From positions 198,024 through 262,023 of the forward strand of contig CBDCQE010000003.1 of assembly GCA_965220505.1 (NCBI GenBank): a stretch of DNA of 64,000 bases, in the 5' to 3' direction. Position 1 is the stretch's first letter, and the number at the start of each line of letters is the position of its first letter. The stretch comes from Dehalococcoidia bacterium (GTDB taxonomy: Bacteria; Chloroflexota; Dehalococcoidia; Lucifugimonadales; UBA3495). Position numbers and translations under genes: made by a program. Shown in pieces: positions 17,537 through 26,208 of the stretch. The notes beneath the pieces were generated by a model that saw only the letters and a list, made by a program, of their open reading frames with translations, was not told where the DNA came from and did no database searches.

Positions 17537-18031
17537 CTAGATGAACTGCTGCTTGGCCCAACCCTCCTCGAAGGTTGTGTGGAAGAAGGGGGCCGACTTC
17601 TTGCTTTTGTACATCCACTTGCCTTCGACCCGCACGTATTCCTCTTCATCGAGACCGGCCCGCCACATCGCCTTGCCCGTGTCTCCCACGGTGCACGGCA
17701 TGAACAGGTACCACCGAGCCCGCGCCGTATCTCCCGTAACTTCGATCTGCGGGTTCAGCCCGTAATGCAACGCGAAGACGAAGTGGCCGGAAATTCCGCG
17801 AAAGAACTCGCGAATCGCCTCCCTGCCCTCGTATCTGCCCATGCCCTGGCTTTCCCAGGTGGCATCCTCGACAAACAAGGCGGCCAGCCGGTCCGGGTCG
17901 TAATTGTCGTCGCAAGCGGCGGCGTATTCCGCTTTGAGGTTGCGTAGCGCCTCAATATCCTCCAGGTGGCGAACCCTGTCCCGCAGTTCTTCCACGACCG
18001 CTAACAAGTCGGCTGCTTGATTGGTTGACAT
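17537..18031 (-). CDS. SnoaL-like / NTF2-fold protein
   Basis: MSTNQAADLLAVVEELRDRVRHLEDIEALRNLKAEYAAACD... is typical of SnoaL_4-type proteins. Start set at the ATG at 18031. Confidence 0.65.
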   Translation of the reverse strand: MSTNQAADLLAVVEELRDRVRHLEDIEALRNLKAEYAAACDDNYDPDRLAALFVEDATWESQGMGRYEGREAIREFFRGISGHFVFALHYGLNPQIEVTGDTARARWYLFMPCTVGDTGKAMWRAGLDEEEYVRVEGKWMYKSKKSAPFFHTTFEEGWAKQQFI

Positions 18032-18139
18032 GCGAATACCTCGTGTTGCCTCGCGCGAATTTCGTAGAAATCCAAGCCATGATGGGGCTTTAGCACACGG
18101 ACAGGGTTCCACCTTTCAAGGCTGCCGGAGCAGCGCTGG

Positions 18140-18481
18140 TTACTGGTTGGCCAGGGGGATGGTGCAGGTGACGCAGGCCTGGTCGCCGTGGGTAGCGGTG
18201 GTGTGACCCTGGCCGGTGGTATCCTCCACCAGGCGGGCGTCGCCGGGGCCGAATACGTGCTTGGAGCCGTCGCCCAAGCCAATCTCCAGTTGTCCCGACA
18301 GGACTATGACAAACTGGCGGCGCGGCGCCGTGTGCCAGTCGGAGAAACGACCGGCCGGGGCTTCACTGAAGCTGATGGTGGTGGTCTCCTGGGCGCTCTT
18401 CCAATCAGGCGTCTGGTCCAGGTCGATGGTCTCAATGTGGGACTGGCCGTCGTCGCCAGAGTAAAGTCTGAAGGTTCCCAT
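18140..18481 (-). CDS. cupin domain protein
   Basis: 113-aa ORF; the WHTAPRRQFVIVLSGQLEIGLGDGS...GPGD pattern is consistent with a cupin barrel. Confidence 0.65.
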   Translation of the reverse strand: MGTFRLYSGDDGQSHIETIDLDQTPDWKSAQETTTISFSEAPAGRFSDWHTAPRRQFVIVLSGQLEIGLGDGSKHVFGPGDARLVEDTTGQGHTTATHGDQACVTCTIPLANQ

Positions 18482-18515
18482 CCTGTTCCTCCGTTTTGGT
18501 CTGTACGGGATATGG

Positions 18516-19403
18516 TCACGCTGCGGCTGAAGTCTGCCGGGCTTCGACCCTGGCGATGAACTCCAGCAGATGCGCGGCGTAGAAGGTGGACTTCATGTGG
18601 TAGCGGTTGGTGGCGGCGATGCCGGGGAAGGTGTTGTCATGCTGACCGATGACCGCCCATTCCTCGTGGGTCCACGCCGACGGGAGCAGCTCCGCGTGGG
18701 GTACCAGTCGCTTCACGTTCTCCGCCGCAGACTTGTGGTGAACGTCGTCCGGCGTGTTGCCCTCGAAAGCCAGCACCGGGCAGGTGATGGACTCCAACTG
18801 CTCCTCAGTCAGGTCTCCCACCGGGTTGGGTTGTGAGAACTGGTCCCGCCAGCGGCGCATGACGGAACAGAACTCCTCGGGATCCATGGCAAGGATCCGT
18901 TCCCGGTTGTCAGCGTTGTCCCGGATGCGCTGCTCGAAAAACTCGGTGGCGGCCACGGCGGCCATCCCGCCCCGCTCCGCGGCCTCGATGTACTGTCCGT
19001 AGTAGCCGGGGGACATCAGTTCGGCGCTCCTCGGCCCGCCGGAGACTTCCCAGACAAATACACCCTTGACCACCTCCGGGTGCCGAACCGCCACCGTCAG
19101 GGAAGTGCGCGAACCGGCGGATCCCCCGGCCAGGTAAGCCGGGGCCGCGCCCAGGTATTTCAGCAGAGCCGCCATCTCCTCAGCCCAAAGGTGCTGCTCG
19201 GAAAGCTCGCCACCGATCACCACGTCGGACTTGCCGCAGTTGCGGCGGTCGTGGATGATGACATGGCAATGAGTCGACAGCAGGGCAGCCATGGGACGCA
19301 GGCCGTTGTGGTCCACCCGTCCGCCCGGCGTCAGCATGACCGTGGGGCCGGCGCCATACTCCTCGTAATACAGGTTGACTCCGTCTATGTTGGCGTAAGG
19401 CAC
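18516..19403 (-). CDS. alpha/beta hydrolase
   Basis: PTVMLTPGGR...HDRRNCGKSD and the nucleophile-elbow-like LAGGSAGS. Length is typical for the fold. Confidence 0.75.
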   Translation of the reverse strand: MPYANIDGVNLYYEEYGAGPTVMLTPGGRVDHNGLRPMAALLSTHCHVIIHDRRNCGKSDVVIGGELSEQHLWAEEMAALLKYLGAAPAYLAGGSAGSRTSLTVAVRHPEVVKGVFVWEVSGGPRSAELMSPGYYGQYIEAAERGGMAAVAATEFFEQRIRDNADNRERILAMDPEEFCSVMRRWRDQFSQPNPVGDLTEEQLESITCPVLAFEGNTPDDVHHKSAAENVKRLVPHAELLPSAWTHEEWAVIGQHDNTFPGIAATNRYHMKSTFYAAHLLEFIARVEARQTSAAA

Positions 19404-19475
19404 TGCTCACTCCTTTCTGTTTGAATACCGCGGCACACGTTGGGCCAGGACCGTGACACCGGCAGTTTAGCACCT

Positions 19476-19934
19476 TTATTCCTCGTCCTCTTTCCAGGAG
19501 ATGAAACGACCCGGGGAAATGACGATCAGGGTCAACCGTTCGTCCGCCAGAAGGTCTGCGGCGAACTCGGCGCCTCGCTCTTCCCCCTCGTAGAGCACGC
19601 ATGTCCGGCGCACCATGTCATCCAGCCCGCCGTCGGTGACCTCAGCCGTGCCCTCGATGGTCACAAACGAATAGGGGTGATCCGCGGTGGGGACGCACAG
19701 GGCCACGGCGGAATTGCGGCGAATGTTCCGCACCTTGACCGCCGCTCGGTCGGCCATCACCAAAGCCCGGCCGTTATCCCAAAGGAACCAGACCGGCGCC
19801 ACGTGGGGAGTGCCGGCGGCGTACATGGTGACCAACTGCGCCGTCAGGGGCTGGGACAGAAATTCATCCACCTCTGCTGAGTTCAGTGTTCCCAAGGTAT
19901 TTCCTCCTGCATCCTCTCGGATCCGCGATGCCAT
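19476..19934 (-). CDS. pyridoxamine 5'-phosphate oxidase-family (PPOX class, possibly F420-dependent) protein
   Basis: LVTMYAAGTPHVAPVWFLWDNGRALVMADRAAVKVRNIRRNSAVALCV matches the PPOX split-barrel pattern. Confidence 0.75.
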   Translation of the reverse strand: MASRIREDAGGNTLGTLNSAEVDEFLSQPLTAQLVTMYAAGTPHVAPVWFLWDNGRALVMADRAAVKVRNIRRNSAVALCVPTADHPYSFVTIEGTAEVTDGGLDDMVRRTCVLYEGEERGAEFAADLLADERLTLIVISPGRFISWKEDEE

Positions 19935-19951
19935 TCATCAAGATGCCGAAC

Positions 19952-20833
19952 CTATGATAGCGGAAATGTAGCCGATGGATCTCCAGCGGCAGTTAGGGAC
20001 GCGCTCATATCCCACAGCCTGGCGGCCAGGTCTGCATCGTAACTGATGCTGGAAGACGACACCGGGCGGCAGTCCACGAAATACTTGCCGGTCATGCTCT
20101 CCACTTCGGGCGATGCGGCCAGGTACACCGGGGTCTCCGCTCCCTTGTCTGGGGTAATGCCGCGAACTCCAATGAAGAAGTTGACCACACGACCCAGCAA
20201 CCCGTTGTTGCGGGCGATGTTGGTCCGCACCAGGCCGGGATGCAGGGCATTTGCCGTAATGGTCGCGCCTTCCAGACGCCGCGCCAACTCGTAGGTGAAC
20301 AGGATGTTGCAGAGCTTGGAACGTTTGTAGGCTGAATATCCCCCGTTACCTGAAGGCTCAGGCAGGTCTTCCAGCCGGAATCTGCCCGGCGATTCATGCG
20401 CACAAGAGGATACGTTGATAATCCGGGCCCGTGATGCTTTCCGCAGATGTTCGAGCAGCAAGCCGGTCAGCAGGAAGTAGCTGAGGTGGTTCAGCGCGAA
20501 GGTCATCTCGATGCCATCGGCGCTGCGCTTGTCGGACAGGAAGATGGCGCCGGCGTTGTTCAGCAGCACATCCAGATGGGGCGCCAACTCCATCGCCTCG
20601 GCTGCCACGCGACGCACCTCACGTTGGGACGAAAGGTCGGCCAACAGGCACTCCACTGCTGGGTTGTCCGTATCGGCGATGATCTGCCGCACTGCGGCTT
20701 CGGTCTTGGCGGCGTTGCGGCCTACGATGACCACCCTGGCTCCCATACGGGCCAACTCGCGGGAGGCTGCGTAGCCGATGCCGTCGCTGCCTCCGGTTAT
20801 GAGACAGATTTTGCCTGGCATCAAATTACTCAT
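19952..20833 (-). CDS. short-chain dehydrogenase/reductase (retinol-dehydrogenase-like)
   Basis: GKICLITGGSDGIGYAASRELARMGARVVIVGRN and YSAYKRSKL (YxxxK). Start set at the ATG at 20833, so the tRNA-derived repeat at 20938 is intergenic. Confidence 0.85.
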   Translation of the reverse strand: MSNLMPGKICLITGGSDGIGYAASRELARMGARVVIVGRNAAKTEAAVRQIIADTDNPAVECLLADLSSQREVRRVAAEAMELAPHLDVLLNNAGAIFLSDKRSADGIEMTFALNHLSYFLLTGLLLEHLRKASRARIINVSSCAHESPGRFRLEDLPEPSGNGGYSAYKRSKLCNILFTYELARRLEGATITANALHPGLVRTNIARNNGLLGRVVNFFIGVRGITPDKGAETPVYLAASPEVESMTGKYFVDCRPVSSSSISYDADLAARLWDMSASLTAAGDPSATFPLS

Positions 20834-20937
20834 CGAAGAACCTTGGGCATCGATTGCATTCTGCGCATGGCCTACAAGTCGGCAAAACAGCAAAAACGGC
20901 CCCATCTGGGGCCGCTTCTGACTAGGAAATCGGGAAT

Positions 20938-20959
20938 GTGGTGCCGAGGGGCGGATTCG
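20938..20959. repeat. 22-bp direct repeat identical to the 3' end of tRNA-Phe (candidate distal att site)
   Basis: gtggtgccgaggggcggattcg at 20938-20959 is identical to 31700-31721 (21 nt of the tRNA 3' end plus 1 nt), in the same orientation. Including the 4 nt immediately upstream of each copy, the match is 25 of 26. Confidence 0.75.
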
Positions 20960-21072
20960 CCATTCTGCGTGAAGTAGCGTTTTGTCGAAGCCTGTTTGGC
21001 GAGATTCCCTACTCAAAATCAAGAATTGGGGTCAGTGTAACACGGTCTGGTTATGTGGAGACGGGCAGGCGC

Positions 21073-22071
21073 CTACAAGTTTATTGAGGGTTCCTCGTAA
21101 TCCTTTAGCTTGTTGTAGATTTGAAGCCGGTGATGGTAGGACTCCAAAACTATGATCCGGTCGTCTGCGTCAACGTTGACCGCCACTGGCCGCCGGAACC
21201 GCCATTCAGGCTCCAGATCTGTCCGTCGCCTGGCTTTGATGATATCCGGATTGGCGTCGATGTAGGTCTGGGCCCATGGCGAAGGCTCTTGGGCGTCACC
21301 GACCAGCGCCGTAATATATTGGCCGTCGGCGGCGTAGATCTGGACTCGGTGGTTCCCCCAGTCGGTTACGTATACATCTCCATCTGAGTCCACAGCTACA
21401 CCGGATGGCCCTTTGAGCGAACCCACCCCGGCGCTGGAGCCTTCGAACTTAACGAGCAACTCTCCAGTAGGGGCGAATTTTTGCACCCGGTTATTTCCCC
21501 AATCCGCGACGTAGATGTTGTCCTGGCGGTCGATGCAGATTCCCCATGGCATCTCCAGATCTCCGTCACCGCCACCTCGCTTCCCGAATTTGGACTGAAA
21601 CTCACCGATCTGGTTGAAACTCTGCACCCGGTGATTCAGGCTGTCCACCACCCAAACGGTTCCCCGGGAGTCGAAAGCGATTCCTGACGGTCCGTTTAGC
21701 TGCCCGTCTCCGCTGCCGGGCCTGCCCCAGTGATATCGGTAACTACCCTCTTCACTGTAAATGGTTACCCGGTTGAGATACTCGTCCGAAACGAACACTC
21801 GGCCGGTACGGTCCAAATCAATTGACCGGGGCCAAACGAAGCGCCCGTCTTCCTCGCCGACGGAGCCGAACTGTCCTTGAAAATCGTGGTCAAAGTTGAT
21901 CTTGGTGACACGCTGACCCAATTGTTCCACACCGCGGCTCAACACATAAATGCGACCGTTCGATCCCAGGACGAAATCCTGGGGAGCCCAAAATCCCCAG
22001 CCGGCCTGACTGTACATGCCTATGCAGTAGCTGTAGTCATACACCCTGCCGGCAGCGACGGTGGTCAGCAT
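21073..22071 (-). CDS. NHL-repeat beta-propeller protein
   Basis: Six repeats of the type G.F..P.GIA.D..G.IYV.D..N.R.V.F (for example GPSGIAFDSRGTVWVVDSLNHRVQSF). Confidence 0.8.
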   Translation of the reverse strand: MLTTVAAGRVYDYSYCIGMYSQAGWGFWAPQDFVLGSNGRIYVLSRGVEQLGQRVTKINFDHDFQGQFGSVGEEDGRFVWPRSIDLDRTGRVFVSDEYLNRVTIYSEEGSYRYHWGRPGSGDGQLNGPSGIAFDSRGTVWVVDSLNHRVQSFNQIGEFQSKFGKRGGGDGDLEMPWGICIDRQDNIYVADWGNNRVQKFAPTGELLVKFEGSSAGVGSLKGPSGVAVDSDGDVYVTDWGNHRVQIYAADGQYITALVGDAQEPSPWAQTYIDANPDIIKARRRTDLEPEWRFRRPVAVNVDADDRIIVLESYHHRLQIYNKLKDYEEPSINL

Positions 22072-22107
22072 ATCCCCTCTCCCGCGAACTATTTTGGGGT
22101 CCCAAAG

Positions 22108-23250
22108 CTACATGAAGGACATTTGCTCGAAGTGTCCACCGACGATGGGTACAGGATCGAGTCCCAGCCACTTTTCCGCCAAAGTGGAGTAGAAGCCACG
22201 GAAATCATAGTTGGGCGCCAGGTCTCCCTGAGTGAGATCCCCCGGTTCCAGCGAGGGATACGTCCCGTACATTCCACCATTCACCCGGTCGCCAATGGCG
22301 AACGCTACCCCAGCCGCTCCGTGGTCGGTACCAGTGCCATTATCGCGGACGCGGCGCCCAAACTCGCTGAACAACATGATAACCACCTCGTTTGAGGCGT
22401 CGTGCTCACGCAGGTCGGCGAAGAAGTCGCGTATGGCAACGGAAATTTCCGTCCAAAGTTTTTCATGTGGTCCCAGCTGGTCATAGTGGGTGTCGAAGGG
22501 CCCGTGGGAGGTGTAAAAGACCTGGGTGCCCAAGCCGGCCAGATGCACTTGGGCCACGTCTCTGAGGCGCCTCGCGATGGAATTGTTGGCGTACTCCACG
22601 TTTGAAGAATAGGTTTCGGGAGCAACCCGGATGATGTCGGCTCCGCGCAACGCATCCCGTCCTGCCTGTCCCAGATATTCCATGGTCGGCCCGGTGCCGA
22701 TGGTTGGAGCGTACATGCGGGCAAAGGTCTCCAACAACTGGACACGATCTTGCTCGGAGGCGATTCCCGGATTTGATGAGAGTACGCCGTATGAAGGAAG
22801 GTGGTTGACAGAAGTAACAGGAACCCCCTTCATGGCCAGTGCCCGAGGCAAGCCCTGGCCCAAGTTAACTCCCTTCAGCACGTTCTCGCCGTCAGGGTCC
22901 AAGTCCCGGACGACCTTGGCGAGCCAGCCGTCAATACCGATGGAATCCGGCTCGCAGGTATGCCAGATGTCCATGGCGCGAAAGTGCGAACGGGGTGAAT
23001 TTTCAAACCCGATTCCGTGAATGATTGCCATGTTGCCCTGGTCGTAGATTTCTTTCAACGGCTCCGAATCGGCCCGGAATGCCAGTTGGTCATCTATGGG
23101 CAGTAATCGATCTTCAGGAACATGGACCTTGGGCCGGTTATCCCAATACAGGGGATTGCTATAAGGAACAATCGTATTGAGATAGTCGTTGGCCCCAGTC
23201 AGCTCCAGCACGACCAGCACGGGGTCTTTATGGGTTGATGCCATTTTCAT
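22108..23250 (-). CDS. DUF1501 (sulfatase-like) protein
   Basis: VLVVLELTGANDYLNTIVPY and the FSEFGRRVRDNGTGTDHG motif are typical of DUF1501. Confidence 0.85.
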   Translation of the reverse strand: MKMASTHKDPVLVVLELTGANDYLNTIVPYSNPLYWDNRPKVHVPEDRLLPIDDQLAFRADSEPLKEIYDQGNMAIIHGIGFENSPRSHFRAMDIWHTCEPDSIGIDGWLAKVVRDLDPDGENVLKGVNLGQGLPRALAMKGVPVTSVNHLPSYGVLSSNPGIASEQDRVQLLETFARMYAPTIGTGPTMEYLGQAGRDALRGADIIRVAPETYSSNVEYANNSIARRLRDVAQVHLAGLGTQVFYTSHGPFDTHYDQLGPHEKLWTEISVAIRDFFADLREHDASNEVVIMLFSEFGRRVRDNGTGTDHGAAGVAFAIGDRVNGGMYGTYPSLEPGDLTQGDLAPNYDFRGFYSTLAEKWLGLDPVPIVGGHFEQMSFM

Positions 23251-23279
23251 GTCCTTCTACATCAGTTGCATGCTCTTGC

Positions 23280-24695
23280 CTAGGCAAACTGATATTCTCG
23301 CGAGGCGGCGATCAAGGTCAAGATCCTGCTCACATTGTGCAATGTAGCGCTGAATTCTTCGTGGGTGCTCCAGCCTAGATCGCCACATTTTTCGGCATGG
23401 GCAATCAATTCAGAGTGGGTCGTCTTACTGACTTCCAACGGTCCCATCGCATCGAGACAAGCTTCCACTATCGCCTGGGGGGAATGATCCCCATGCACAT
23501 GCACATTCACCAACACCCGTTTGACGATAGCCTGCACGCCGGGTAGTGAGACGTCTCCAAATATCCTCGCGGCAAAGTTCACCCGGCGCATCAAAACGCC
23601 GGGGTCGATCCATTCTGAGCCTGTGTGCCAACCCTCCACGCTGGGAGGATTGAGCAGCCCCTGTCCCTGCCAACCGCACTCCAACGCCAAATTGTTGAGT
23701 CCTGGCTTGAAGCCTTCATAGTTGCCCGCCATACGCACAGTGCCAACGATCAATTCAGCCGGGCTTTTCACCCGGGCGAAGCGGGCATTCTTGAAGAACT
23801 CTGAGTTGAACAACGTTCGTAAAATAGACCGGATGTCGCCGCGGGATTCATTGTAGGCATCCGCCAACAACTCGATGGCTTCAGGGTCAACTGGTGGTGT
23901 AACGTTCCAACTGGCGACATGGGGCTCGTCGGCGACGAAGAACCTGTAGAGGTGACGGGCCAGGAACCGGGCCGTAGCCGGTTGGTCCGCAATAATGTCC
24001 ACGATGTCTTCGCCATTGAAGTTCCCGGTATACCCCAGGAAGGTCTTCTCCCGATCGTCGTGGTCCTCAGGTTTGTAGTCGAATAGCCAGTGGAAACGAC
24101 CGTAAGGATTACGGGGAATCTTTGGGGCAATCGTCCATCCGGTAAAGGCCCTGGCCGCTTCCCTGATATCATCCTCGGAGTAGTTTCCGACTCCGAGGGA
24201 GAAAAGCTCCAACAGCTCCCGCCCCCAGTTTTCATTTATGGCGCCGTCACGATTTCCCTGGTTGTCCAACCAGAAGATCATGGCTGGCGACTTTGCAACC
24301 TCTACCAGCAGGTCGCGGTAAGTACCCAATCCGTATTCACGGAAGATGGCAATCTGGCGAGTCAGCTCCAGTGGATTGTCCACCTTGGAGTTGCCGGTGG
24401 CGAACAACTGATGCCAGAAGAGGGCCATCTTCTCTTCCAGAGGCCGTTTGGTGTTGATCATCCGGAACACCCAATTGGCCTGATTTATTGGCAGCGCCCC
24501 GGCCCCCTCATAACCCGGGAAGAACCGGTACAGCAGTTCGTCGTCTATGGCCGGCTGCCGCTCTGGATGCAGAAGCTCCTCGACCACGGCTTCGTAGCCT
24601 TTGGAGACGCGCTCCTCCAGTTCCTCACGGGTATCACCGAAGCCTGCCCGTCTCATTAAATGGGCCATCAATCGAATGTCTTCTTGGTGGGGCAT
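23280..24695 (-). CDS. DUF1800 protein
   Basis: HLMRRAGFGDTREELE, MALFWHQLFATGNSKV and NENWGRELLELFSLGVGNYSEDDI are DUF1800 hallmarks. Usual pairing with DUF1501. Start set at the ATG at 24695, after GGAGAGG. Confidence 0.85.
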   Translation of the reverse strand: MPHQEDIRLMAHLMRRAGFGDTREELEERVSKGYEAVVEELLHPERQPAIDDELLYRFFPGYEGAGALPINQANWVFRMINTKRPLEEKMALFWHQLFATGNSKVDNPLELTRQIAIFREYGLGTYRDLLVEVAKSPAMIFWLDNQGNRDGAINENWGRELLELFSLGVGNYSEDDIREAARAFTGWTIAPKIPRNPYGRFHWLFDYKPEDHDDREKTFLGYTGNFNGEDIVDIIADQPATARFLARHLYRFFVADEPHVASWNVTPPVDPEAIELLADAYNESRGDIRSILRTLFNSEFFKNARFARVKSPAELIVGTVRMAGNYEGFKPGLNNLALECGWQGQGLLNPPSVEGWHTGSEWIDPGVLMRRVNFAARIFGDVSLPGVQAIVKRVLVNVHVHGDHSPQAIVEACLDAMGPLEVSKTTHSELIAHAEKCGDLGWSTHEEFSATLHNVSRILTLIAASREYQFA

Positions 24696-25393
24696 TGCCG
24701 CCTCTCCGTTTATCGAGCCCAGAACGCTAAGCCAGGCGCCGCTTCGCAACATATTAGGATTGGCCAAGTCGAATGTCAACAAAAAGCCGTAACAGGTAAC
24801 CGTTCAGAGTTGACGGCCCGTGGTAGCGGCGTTGGGAGCGATCATCAGCGCAAATCGCTGGTGGAGGCAGTCAGGTGCCCAGCCTGGGCGCTGATCGGCC
24901 AGGCGTGTGGCGGCATGGTGGACAGGTCAAACGCCGAGGACGGCGTCAGGAAGGGAGGGGCAGGGCGTGCAGTCTCGCCAGGGCAGAGCTGAACTGGTTT
25001 TGCCAGGGCCAGCCCTGAGGGAGATGCAGGGTGAGACGACGGGCTTTGCGGGTGAGGCGTCCGGCCAGGGAGAAGAAGCGTCGTCGGAGAGTCTTGGTGG
25101 TTGCCACCGGCTCTCCCAGACCGATGCGCGTGGTCCAGCGAGCCAGGTTATGGGCGATGACCCGGACGGTCAGCCAGGCGGCGTCGGGCTCACTCGCGAA
25201 GGGAGTGTAGCTGGTCTCGGCCACATCGGCCACGCCTTCCATCCAGTACGGGATGGGCGTCCACTCCGCCTCGGGTACGGCCTCGATGAGATTGCGCAGG
25301 GTCTGGTGCCGGCGTACGGTGATGGAGAAGCGGACACTCTTATCACGACAGGCGGCGACGATGGGGTGAGTGTAGAAGCCGCTGTCGGCCCGT

Positions 25394-25406
25394 CCGCCTG
25401 AGGCGG
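25394..25406. repeat. 13-bp perfect palindrome ccgcctgaggcgg (copy 1) inside the IS1380 remnant
   Basis: Read directly. Conceptual deletion of the 13 nt joins GATGPLI to RADSGFY in frame. Confidence 0.9.
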
Positions 25407-25480
25407 ATGAGCGGTCCGGTGGCTCCGGCGTAGCGCACCCGGCTGATCGTTTCACGCAGGAAGCGGGCCGCGCCCCGAGC

Positions 25481-25493
25481 CCGCCTGAGGCGG
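25481..25493. repeat. 13-bp perfect palindrome ccgcctgaggcgg (copy 2) inside the IS1380 remnant
   Basis: Read directly. Conceptual deletion of the 13 nt joins ARLRQGRAN to ARGAARFLRETISRVRY in frame. Confidence 0.9.
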
Positions 25494-26208
25494 ATTGGCC
25501 CGTCCCTGGCGCAGCCTTGCCATCAGTACGTCGCCGGTGCCGGCAGCGACGGCCAACAGCGGGTGATAGCCCCGCTGGCCAGCGCCGACGCCACCAGCGT
25601 CAGCAACTTGTCGCCCTCATTCGCCCGACCAGGTGCATCTCCCAGATCAACGTGGCGGTCCACCAGCTCGCCCAGCCCCAGATGGTGGACCAGGGTGATC
25701 GGTAGCAGCAGCCCGGCATTGGCCACCAGGCGGTGGTCATCAAAGGCGACGTGGATGCGGTCGGGGCGCTCAGGCGGTAGCATCCGATGGGTGCTCCTTG
25801 TTGCGGGTTGGTTTTCTGTTTCAAAAACCGTTATCCCCGAAGTGCAGGGGCACTTTCTCATCCCCTCACCACGGCGCCACACTCATCCTTTCGGTGGATT
25901 GGGGATAAGGCACATTGTGTGCCGGAGAGTGCGCCATGTATCGATGGTTCCTATACGATTCACGCAATTAACATAATTAAATCGCAGATATTCACGTGAT
26001 TTTCACAATCTGGTGATAATGTGGTTGGCATGGTCAGGTTGGGGTGTTCGCTGCTATAGACCTGCGGGCATCGCCACACCTCACGGCCACACATACACAA
26101 CGCTTTCTCCGGCGGCGTGATGGCTGCGCTCATAACTGGCGCAGTTGCCGTCGGAGGCATAACGACCGACCCGCGCGCGTTTCATGCCGACGCGGGAACC
26201 ATACGGAG

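Larger units (their letters stand above)
24946..25783 (-). mobile_element. degenerate IS1380-family element (transposase pseudogene with internal deletions and frameshifts)
   Basis: N-terminal piece MLPPERPDRIHVAFDDHRLVANAGLLLPITLVHHLGLGELVDRHVDLG...; middle piece GYHPLLAVAAGTGDVLMARLRQGRAN...RGAARFLRETISRVRYAGATGPL; C-terminal piece RADSGFYTHPIVAACRDKSVRFSITVRR...IAHNLARW...LHLPQGWPW. These lie in three different frames and large parts of the DDE core are missing. Confidence 0.8.

Noticed and set aside
20896-20913. Hairpin cggcccca-tc-tggggccg near the tRNA-derived repeat, considered as a terminator or att-associated structure.
   Set aside because: No U-tract on either strand, ~160 nt from the nearest gene end, and the function is not inferable.
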